Of a DNA stretch of 64,000 nt, positions 53,902-64,000 are shown in pieces. Origin of the DNA: Chara braunii (lineage: Eukaryota > Plantae > Charophyceae); assembly GCA_003427395.1 (NCBI GenBank), contig BFEA01000005.1, forward strand, positions 2,159,288-2,223,287, given 5' to 3'. A program made the position numbers and the translations under genes. The stretch's first letter is position 1. Each line of letters starts with the position of its first letter. The notes under the pieces were generated by a model. The model searched no databases. It saw nothing but the letters and a program-made list of their open reading frames with translations, and was not told where the DNA came from.

Positions 53902-56900
53902 TGTCGGTGCGAATACCCTTACAAGGGTATCCGCCCTGGTTTTTGCAGGCAATAGAAAATAAGTTTGGTTTAAAAGTTTAAGTATATTGCGCAAGGCTGA
54001 ATGGGTTACTAGAGTAGAGAGTGTGTGGGCGCGCAGGTTTGAACCGCGTGTGATTTTTTTGGTTGATGATTGAAGAACTGGAGTCATCGCCGACCAATTT
54101 TTTTTTATTTTTTTATCTTTGATTAAATTAGGATTAAAAAAATTACGTCTCTTGAACGATACGTTGGTTTGTCGACCTATGCGTACGTATTGAGGTTGGC
54201 ATCGACAACCATGTGATTTTGAGATCGTTTTCGTAGGTCTGTGCGTCGCTCGGTGTTGGTTTATTTTAGGTGTCCGTTATAGCTAGACCAAGGACTTGGG
54301 CCCAACACTAACGGTTGCGGCGTCAGATTTCCGTCGAAGAGATTCAGGGATTGGGATCGAGCAGCGACGATGTGGGAATATCAGAGTAGCGCGAAGGGAC
54401 CGAGGTATCTGGGGCCCGATGGGGCTATCCCCCGAGGGTTTGTCGTCGGCAGCGTCGAAGCGATGTTAGCGGCTTCATTTCCCACGTTCGTCGTTTCTTG
54501 ACGATTAAGAGTTTCTAAATATTTTTTTATTATTTTATTATTGTGTCATTATTATTTTCATGCTCCAGCGTCCTTTATGACTTGGACGTGACGTGAGGTT
54601 TAGATTTATCACGGCAGACAAGGACCTGAAGCGCGAGTCTCCTATGTCTGACCTATGGGTTCCCGGGTATTCGGGATGCCGACAAGATTCCTCTATCCTG
54701 ATTGTTTTGATACACGGGCCGACAGGTTCGACGTGCAGGCAAGCCGGTGGATGATTAGCCCACAAGGAAGAGGAAATTTGGGTGGTGCGGACCCCTTGCG
54801 GATGTGCCAGCCGCCCGTCATGATCTATCGTGAGAGATTTGAGTGTGAGCCTGCCCGCCGGGACCCAAAAAATAGTTGATTGAGCCTGGGCGAAGCGGCC
54901 CGCGACACTATAAAGGAGCCAAAGGCAAGGTGCTGCTCGGGCCAGCCCTAGGGCCTATGGGATCTCTTCCATATCAGGCTTCAAAATTCCCATGCGAAAA
55001 TTGTGCTATTATCAACAAAATCTGCACAGAGACCCAGCCCACCTAAACCTGCATTACCGTTTTAGCAGCAGGCCCGAGTCTTCTTGCTCGTTGGAAGGGC
55101 TGAGCCGAGAAAACCGAGCGTAGGCGGGCGCTGCAACACTATTCGTCGGGGCTGGGGCTGTTTGATTCGGCAGGGGAGTAGTCACATACTCCTTAGCAGA
55201 TTTCGGTTTCTTCGACCACCGAGCGCTCGGTCTGTATCAACATACTCGGTTGTAGCACATAAAATAGTGCACGAAGAGGAATGGGCATTGAGAGGGAGCG
55301 AACAGGAAGCAGGGCGAAGTGGCGAAAGGGAGGGAAAAGTGGCTGAACCCGGACGGGAAGGTGTGTCTGGTACATGTAGAAGGGGTGACGGGCTATGACA
55401 AAGACGAGCGGGAGCGGGTAGACACGGAGAGTGTGAAGCCTGCACGTCCCTTAGTGAAATCGGTCGAGAAAGGAGCGGGCTCTGAGGTTTTTGGGCGAGG
55501 CGAGTGCGTTGACATTGCTGATTTTGGCGCTAGCCGTGTAAGGAGAAAAGGTGAAGAAGAAGTGCATAAAAACGATGGAGTAGAAGGGCTATGGCGGGGG
55601 TAGGAACTGAGATCTCACTCGATTCCTTATGGAATCTAGTGAAATAAAGTGGGGGATAGGGTTTTTCAACCATTTCGAATCAAATGGTGAGGTTAGTTTC
55701 TGCACTAGATTAGTAGAATGAGCGTTTAGATTAGTAGAGTGAGAGTTTAGGAAGAAAATCAATGCGTGGGGGTACCGAGAAAGGGGGGGGGGGTTCGGTG
55801 TAAGTGGAGAAAAGGTTTCCTCGCTCGGTCTTCGATAGATTCGAGCTAGGAAAAAGAGTGAGTCAGGGGTTTTGGTCATTGCAAGTGGAATGGTGGTGGT
55901 AGATTTTGCGTTGGGACTATAAATTTAATGGCATAGCAACTTTAGGCTGCGCCTGGTGTGTTTGGTTTTTACGAATGAATCTTGCCTTGATTGTGGCCAG
56001 ATACTTTTGTCACTAAACACAATGTGAGCGTGATTAAGAGAAGGAGGAGCGAAATGAAGTCAAAGGGAAACTTACCTGCGCGCCTATGTTGTGCTGCGAA
56101 TTTGTCTGAACCAGGCCAAGAAAAAGGCCAGGTACGCCTACGATACCCTATGAAGGCAAATAGCAGAGCACGGGTGTGTGGGTGAGGGAAACGAGGAAAA
56201 AACAAAGGAATAAAGTATAGTTAGAGGAGTCATAGGTAGGAAAATGACATAGCAGAAAGAAAGCAAAAGAGAGGGGGAAGATAACCCGTACCTGGTCGGC
56301 GAGAAGGCAATGCTAGGTGAACAAAAAACCGACCTACGATACCAAGCTGCGCAGAGTGCTAACAAGGCGAGTCAGAAACAGCAACATCCGGTTGTATACT
56401 TACGTATTTTGATGAAGATTTTGTCTCGATTTTTGCTCAGCCACTGCCTAAGAGTGGCAAGGAGCAAAGCTGTGAGGCTGGGAGCTTACCGACTAGCCAG
56501 TACACCATGCACGACTGAGAGAATTGGTGAGAAGCTGGTTGTGAGGAGTACGGACTGCCTGTCGACCAAGTTGAAGCAGCAGGGGAGCGGGCTACGAAGG
56601 TCGGAGTATACCTGCTAATTTGCATACTGCCTAACCAATCGTTGGACTGAAGTAGCAAAAAGACGGGTGTGAGATTGTTAGCTTTGCTTGCTAACTGATG
56701 TGTTGCTGTGTGTTCATCCTATCCTACGTAGTAGCCCGAGTCCCGCTGCAAGGCTGCAAGCTGCGGGGTGGTTATTATAATGCACGATTGTTGAGCAAAT
56801 TGCAGAAGACCAACCAAAAATGCTGCAGATTTGTCTGCTGGTTGATATACTTCTCATCTCATCAGGATGTGCAATAACAAACCAGCCGCGAAGCTGCAGA

Positions 56901-57669
56901 CTTACCTGCTGGTCGTGAGTTGTTTACCCTATCGGAATGGCGGAGTATGGAGTGGGCTACGGAAGAAGAAGGTTGTGTTCTTGATTCATGGCCTGTGTTC
57001 CGAGAGATGGTTGAGGCGTTTTCAGACCACTAGCTTGGGGAGGGATTGAGCTCGTAGGGAGATTACGGATGAGATTTGGATAATCTTCAGGGCGTCGGTG
57101 GTCAGCAATTTGACTTCGGCTGACCAAGCTGCTGCGCGCTCTGGTCGCCATTGCGGGGCCCTCAGGCGCATGAAGGTTTCAAGGCCCTCTCTTGCGAGTT
57201 GAGTTGTCCCTTTCTTGTATCTCAAGCGTCTGAAACCTCTTATCTTCTGCCCTTCTTACTCTAAGTCGAGTCTTGATCTGAGGGGAAGGCGGCAGGCGGG
57301 ATTGCAACCCGTAGGACCGCAGAAAGACTTTGTGGGGAGTCAACCCACCAATTGCGGGAGCTCTGCCAAAACTCAGGAGGAGTTATGGAGGCAGGGAATT
57401 GAAAGGTAACCGCCACCTTCCTTCTATAAAGCCCCGCATAGCCCCTACTTGTATTCATTGCTATGTCTGACTGAGTATACTGATTGTGCCTCTTTACTTT
57501 GACTTTCAGTTTAACTTTCAGGATATAACCAGATTAAATAAAGGAATGTATGCTTAATGTCAGTTTCAATTTATTGTTTGGCTGAAAGCAGACTATAGGA
57601 TTGCATCTAGGGAAAGGTTGGGAGGAAGGCAGTATTGCTTTAAAGTTTGACTGGGTCATTAAGGCTGGG

Positions 57670-58560
57670 AAGTCCCCATAAGTTTGGGGAGACCCAGTGC
57701 TATGTTTGTTTTGGATTGCTTGGAGCATCAAACCATTTCATAAGTTTGGGTGGTCTGACTGCTTTGGAGGCTGGGAAGTCCCCATAAGTTTGGGGAGACC
57801 CAGTGTTGTGGAATTTCATGGAGAGTCAGGCCATTCTATAAGTTTAGGTGGTCTAGTTGCTCTGATTTGTGAGGGTTAACTGTGATTGATTTTTCAGGAG
57901 CCAAGCACATTCTGTAAGTTCAGGTGGCTTGGTTGCCTTGTTTACTTGGGCTTTCTCAGTTGCTTTGGTTCTGAACGAGGAGATGTGAGTCATTCTATAA
58001 GTTTAGGTGGTTCAACCTCTTTCTGCTTTTATTCTGAGGGAGTAACTTTGGCAGAGAGTCAGGCTATTCCATAAGTTTGGGTGGCTGCGACTCCATGCCA
58101 CGCACAGATTGGATCAGGGAAGAACGAACCAGGCAGAGAGTCAGACTATTCTATAAGCTTAGGTAGTCTGGCCCAATGCCTCTCACATGCTGGAACCCGA
58201 AGGTTATAATTTGGCTATACTTTATTATTATCTTATTTAAGAACATGCTAGTCAGACTATTCTACAAGTTTAGGTAGTCTGACTATAGTTTATCACAATC
58301 TGAAAAGAGTATAACTAAGAGTATAACTGAGGGTAATTTGGGCCCACTGAGCATTGTTGCTAAGACGAATGACTCAGTCCTACGCCCGCTTTGAAGATTA
58401 AGTTTAGAGAGATATATACAACCTGGCTATTAAACAGTTCAGGGCGACTAAAATGGTCTGGTCATATGCCCAAAGAAGAGGGAAGTAGTTGTGCCCTCTG
58501 TTCTGTGTATACTCGATGGCTGGGTCAGCAATGTCCCATAAGTTTGGATGGCCTGATGTC
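57670..58560 (+). other. Array of 10 stem-loops with TAAGTT-type loop (copy 2)
   Basis: Loops at 57679, 57741, 57785, 57839, 57915, 57998, 58072, 58154, 58265, 58539. Confidence 0.8.
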
Positions 58561-58851
58561 ACGCCTTATGTAAACTGGGTATAAAGGGATAAATCATTGA
58601 AAGATTACGAACTATTATTTGACGAGGTTGACTTTGGGATGGGGAGAGTACTTACCTTTGTGGTTTGGCCTGCATGAGACTGAGTGAGGCCACTACTTAG
58701 TCTAAGTTTCAGTTTGATAGGTAGTTACTTTAGTTGCTCGCCACGTGCTAGAGCTATAGGAGTTAATTTTGATTTCTGCATATTCTGAGCTACGTCTATT
58801 TTTACTTAGTCAAATTCTCGCATTTTCTGGGATAATTTTTTTATATACTTG

Positions 58852-59420
58852 GTTTTGTATAAATCTTGGAAAATGACTTTCCCTATGGGAAGCGCTGCCA
58901 AAATTTCTGCAAAACCAAAGAGTTAGTCAAATCTGACTGTCAGAAGTTTGACCTTTTGTTTAAGTTATGTATCTGACTTAGTAAGAATCTGGGAAACCTT
59001 CTTTTCTAGGGGAAGTGTTGCCCAAATTTATACTGATTCAGGGAGTTAGACAAAACCTTGACTTTTGAAAGTTAGGATTATTTTTCTGGATTTAGCGCTG
59101 TACAAATTTTGGAAAGACACTTTTCTAGAGGGAGTGCTGCCGAAATTTTTACAAATCTAAGAAGTTAGTCAAATCTTGTCTTAGCAGAGCTTAAGTTGTT
59201 TCTTGAGTTTATAACTGACTTAATATAAATCTGGGAAGTCAACCTTTCTAAAGGAGATGCTGCCCAAACTTTTGTTAATTCAGGGAGTTAGACAAAATTT
59301 AACTTTTAGGAGTTAGAATTTATTTTCAGGTTTCATATTCGGACTTGTATAAATTTTGAAAAAACAATTTTCCTACGGGAAGCGCTACCGAAATTTTCCG
59401 ATTTCAGAGGAGTTAGATTA
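58852..59420 (+). repeat. 5 x ~122-bp hairpin-forming tandem repeat (copy 2)
   Basis: CTAN loops at 58883, 59006, 59125, 59248, 59373. Confidence 0.82.
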
Positions 59421-61429
59421 TATTTCAACAGGTGACGATTCTGACGGTCCACCCTCGATACGGAGGATACTGCCAAAGGTCTGGCTTTTTTTTGGGCATG
59501 TGCGCAGAGGTAGACCTAAGCTTAGTTATTAGGAGGATTTATGTAAGATTATTCCCTGTGTGCTTATAAGCTTAGCTTGGGCGTTGGCTTGTTTTGTGTT
59601 ACAGGTCCTTCTTTGAATAATTCGATTTAGGATTTTGGACTAGATTCAGCTTGATCCTACGAGAATCATCTTCTGTTATCATTGATAACAGGTCGGTTGT
59701 CGATTCGTCGGTTTAAACTCAACACCAATTCACCCTCAATACTCAACCTAAAAAGGCTTTAACCCTGATGATTTTTATTGTTTTATTAAGGTTTTCACCC
59801 GGACTTTTATTGAATGGTCATTTAACAAAGGTACTGAGTATTTAATTATGGTTGGTTGGACAAGAGGTTGGGGCTTGCATTGCTAAAGTGAAGGGTATTA
59901 GCATAGAGATTGGTTGGGGTTGACTTCGTGTAGCGCGTGAACTTTTATTGCCTGTTTGATATGATTGCAGATATGTAATGTGGTTCAGATTTGGATTGGT
60001 CTGCCTGCGATCACACATATATATGGCTGTGAGGAGTCCCACTGTGATTGTGTGAAGTGATCGTCACATACTTATCCCCCTTATAAATATATACAAATAT
60101 ATGTGTACCTATGTTGAGAGTTCGCACGGCCTGAGGGGCCCGCGTATTAATGATCAGGTAGGGGTTGGGGTTGAGAAAAGGAAAAAAAAAAACTCCATTG
60201 ATTGTATACCTTTTTATAATTTATTAGTCAGACGTTGGTCCAAGGTCGGGATTCGAGGTCTTTATCCAGGACATCCCAAGCCCTAGACTCTGCAGGGAAG
60301 CAAGGAAGGAATCTCCCCCTGCGTAGAGCATATTTGCCCTGCCTGCCGAGACACTCAGGCCAAAGGCCGGAGATCTCGCGGCGGCCGCACGACTATTCCT
60401 TCAGCCGTGCAATGTCGTGAGGGAGTAGGCCCTCACGATACTTCGAGTCTGACACTTGAGTGTCATAAGCGGTACTCGGATCCACGAGGGACCGCTTGAT
60501 TATGGGCACTACATAGTACGCCATCATTGCGACTGCTTGCGCACGCTTGCATTGCGAGTCGATATGAGTAGGCCCTGCGTCCGCGCGGTTTTATACTAAG
60601 TCTCGCACGTGTCGCCTATCCGATTTCCGCATCGGAGAGTTATGGGACGACTACTAAGGGACTAGGAGTGTTGTCGCGTTGTTTATTTCATGTCATTTCG
60701 TGCATATGTGTGTGTATGTCTTTACTCTTATATTCCTTATAGTGGTGTGCGCGTGGAGTGTGGGATGCGTCCTAGTCGACCGGCGACGAGTCGCGCTTGG
60801 GACCTCAGCCCCCCAAGATGTCGGTTCACGTACGGATTCGATAGAGGCGTAATACCGCGCGTACCCCCTATGCTACAACGAACGAGAAACGCCCTCGGCT
60901 GGTCTACCTCTGCGATTGCAGCTGATTAGCTTTCGTATCGTGGACTGGTAGCTCAGCGGGAATACGCCCACTGAAGGGAGGTAACAGCTCCCGTAAGGTG
61001 GAGGTAAGTTGTGCCTCGCGTAGGCCCTATCCTGTCGTAGGGGCTCGCGAGAGGTATGGTTGGCGCACTCGGCTGGAGCGGCTTGTGAAAGCTCCATGTA
61101 TAATCTGCGACGAGGATTTAGTCAAACTTCTGCGTAACACGACCAGGAGGGTCCCGCGCTGCCTTAGGCGGTGCCGGACCGATGCGCTCGACAACAGTTC
61201 TTTGGCCGGTTCCGCGTAGTCGAGCTTGGTCCTAACAGGGTGAACACGGTGAAACTCGCTCCCGAAGTCTCGACAGCCAATCGGCATGTCCGATCATCCG
61301 CCACGTGTCCTATCTTTGTCCCTTGCCTACCTCCTCTCATACCTCACCTCCTGGCTTGCCCCTGTCCTCCTAGTGGGGTAGCGAGGACCCTGAATCTCCT
61401 CTTCATCCTTCTCCTTCCCCAACATCGCC

Positions 61430-63210
61430 ATGCCAGAACAAGTAATCAGTCGACACATATTGACGCCGTGAGGATTTGTCTCTTTTATTCGAAACGTGCA
61501 CCATCCACGACTCAGTCGGGACCTGCTTCGATTCGTGCAGTTTTTCAGTACGGCCAGTGTACACGCGGTGGCTAAGTTCCAATTCGCCAATAGCGACGGT
61601 ATTGGTCGAGGCATCGACTTTTCTGCGGATTTCTCCCCCGGGGGTCAGCCACATCACGATGATTGTCTCTTTCAGTGGAGATCTTGCCGCACTCGACGAG
61701 GGCCTTCATATGAGCTCGTTCAATGAACTACGAGTTTGGGCACGAGACTTGACAGACACGTGGCGGCAAAGGCTCGCACGCCCAGGGGATCAGATCGTCC
61801 AAACGGACAACATCGTTGTACATTATATCTGCGTGCACCATACGGATCCGGAGACAGTTCTCCGGGAGCTTGTCCCCTTTGAGCAATCCCAATAAACCAG
61901 CAACGGTTCTCTACATCCAGTCTACTGTCAGACTTCCTCCCTTCTGGCAGTTCCTCGTCCATCTAAGGCGATATTAGTGCCAATTGTGGAAGACGAAAGG
62001 TGGGGGGAGTGGTTGGAGGCTTGCGTGGCACTTAGTTTCTACCTTGTACAAATCTTGTTTCATTGGTCTGAGCAGTGAGACGAGGTGGATAAGGAGGAGA
62101 TCCCTAACGATGAGGTCGAGCTGCTGATCGTTCAGGCATGGAAACGGATACGGAAGGGAGTTGTTGGGAATCTTGTTCCATCTTAAACCGATTACGGGAG
62201 AATTGTTGGTGTTCCTCACGCAACTCCTCGACGATCTGCCCCTGAATATCATCTCCTACAGTGATCAGAGCTTTGTTCATGTCACTATAGAATGGATGCT
62301 GACGCTGCAACCACTGTGGACGCGTTGCTTCGGGTACAACAATCAAAACCGCTATTATCCATCGGCAGACAAGTGCTTGGACCCGAAGGAAGTGATCAAT
62401 CCGTATTTCTGCGAAGTGGTTGGATCATTGGCCGTAGTCACTTCCGAGAGTGAAGCAGAGGAGAGTGTCAAATCGAGATCTAGTCACGCTGGTTATAGTG
62501 AGCAATCGGAGGAAGAATCGGAGGAGGAACGTGCCTCGACAAAAGAAGCAGTCGACTGACGAGCAAAAGAGCGTGCAAACATGAAGCAGCCTATCGATCA
62601 ATCGGGGGAACCGTCACGACTACTGATATCCGACGACCTCACAAGAGATCCTGAGCCGCCCACAGAAGAGGAAGGACGCGTTGGCGGCGCCGAGGGAGCG
62701 GAATGTAGTAGAAGAAGAGCCCGAAGCCCCTCTCCATCTCCATCCGCCCACGCTGCAGTTTGCATATATCGAGATGCTGGCAATCGGGCGTTGTCCCCAA
62801 TCATTATCCCGCCGTCCCTTGACTACCTTACCTTCCACCAGGTTGAAGGTCGCCTACCATTCCTAGCTACTTGGCACCCTTTCCCTCCTTCCTTGTTCTA
62901 CCAGTTCTACACTACCCGCCTTATATGTACCATCTTCTCTCACCCAACCACCCACTCCCTCATCTCCTCTTTCCACCTCCATATCCTCCTTTCCAGCGTG
63001 GCATGGCAAGACTTTAATAACATTGAAGTTTATTGCATGATTACGGGGACGATCTCCATATGTGACAACTACGAACAGTTTCGCGCCACCATCCTACGTA
63101 CCATTTGCACCCTAGACCCAGACTACCTCACCTCTCTTGCTAACCGCAGTCATCGCTTTCCCTGTGTCCATCGATTGGTGCGCTATGCTGACATTCCCAC
63201 TGGGGTATGA
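61430..63210 (+). pseudogene. Decayed extra ORF(s) between integrase and 3' LTR, function unknown
   Basis: Run of same-strand ORF pieces (61476-61895, 62161-62559, 62581-63210) with an acidic tract and an RS-like RRRARSPSPS motif. Confidence 0.55.
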
Positions 63211-63510
63211 TGGCTAGCACGATTTCTCTGTCCATTCCCCCAATGTCATCCTCCACCCCCACCCTCCGTCTTGAGAGTGCCATATCCGCCAGGGCAAGCA
63301 GCAACAATGATAATCGCGCGTGGTCGAAGAGGAATGTGGATCAGACAGTGATGAAAAAGTGAAGCCGGGAGACTGTCAACCATGACGCAACGACACCTTC
63401 ACAACAGGATTGCAACATCATGGCCTCTTTCTTCTTCCTCCCCATAGCCATGAGCATGTTGCACGCAAGCAGGAGCTTGCATAAGATTGTAACCTCATGG
63501 ACGTCACATA

Positions 63511-63900
63511 TGTGACGATCTATGTTCTGATGGGCGCGCGGCTTTCAGCACGATTGAACCTCAGGGCGGTCGAATGGGCCTAAGGGCTTAATTGCATGAA
63601 TGCCCCCATTCTTTTTCTTCCCCTATTTTGCGAGAACTTGGTTCCCCAGCTGTTGGTGGTTAGGACGCGCCTTAGCGAGTGCAGGAATAACATTTGATGT
63701 CGCTTTTCCTTTTCTTTTAGGAAATTCGGGTAGAGAACTTTGGAGCGATTATCGTGTGGGGGAAATCTTTTGAATTTTTGAACTCTTTGAAGAGAATACG
63801 AGAAACAGTGCAGGTATTCGGAATTTCGTTTTTTCAATTAGAACTCTAATTCGAATAGGATTTTGGTAACTACACGATGCTCCTTACTTGCGAGCAAGGT
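63511..63900 (+). mobile_element. Start of the putative 3' LTR of element 4, interrupted at ~63901 by a GC-rich sequence beginning TGTCA
   Basis: Homology to 48416-48815 ends at ~63895. Confidence 0.7.
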
Positions 63901-64000
63901 TGTCAGGCGGGGGCCCCCGGGGGCAAAGCCGGGGTAGGGGTTTGACCCCCGGACCCCCGCTGGCGGGGTGCCCCACCCCCGCCCACCCGAAAACACCCCC

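Larger units (their letters stand above)
53902..61193 (+). mobile_element. Large non-coding mobile unit, copy 2 (7292 bp), inserted in the integrase GPY/F motif
   Basis: TGTCGG...TCGACA ends; removing it restores KLAL(R/Q)FFGRFRVVELGPNRVNTVKL; flanks ACGA/ACAG. Confidence 0.85.

Noticed and set aside
57670-58560. CRISPR array (palindromic repeats with spacers)
   Set aside because: Repeats are degenerate, spacer lengths vary widely, spacers are homologous between element copies and partly duplicated, no cas genes, eukaryotic context

Overview
Eukaryotic, repeat-dominated, gene-poor 64-kb window with several assembly gaps. The plant-type U6 snRNA, the streptophyte mitochondrial fragments and the retroelement types suggest a charophyte alga such as Chara (inference only). 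Contents: four degenerate Ty3/Gypsy LTR retrotransposons (three on - at 1-19.2 kb, one with a chromodomain; one on + at 48.4-63.9 kb), a solo LTR, a near full-length decayed L1/Tx1-type LINE (26.8-34.1 kb), a U6 retrocopy inside an LTR, a chimeric nad2/cox2 NUMT inside a pol gene, two tRNA-like Pol III heads and many microsatellites. The most unusual item is a ~7.3-kb apparently non-coding mobile unit present twice (35267-46492, with an internal duplication and inversion; 53902-61193, inserted in an integrase). It has TGTCG...CGACA ends and 4-bp target duplications. It carries an expandable array of covarying stem-loops with a TAAGTT hexaloop, a second array of five long ~122-bp-period hairpins and a variable central cargo. 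The + strand Gypsy also has a PHD-finger-like segment between RNase H and integrase. I could not identify an intact host protein-coding gene.
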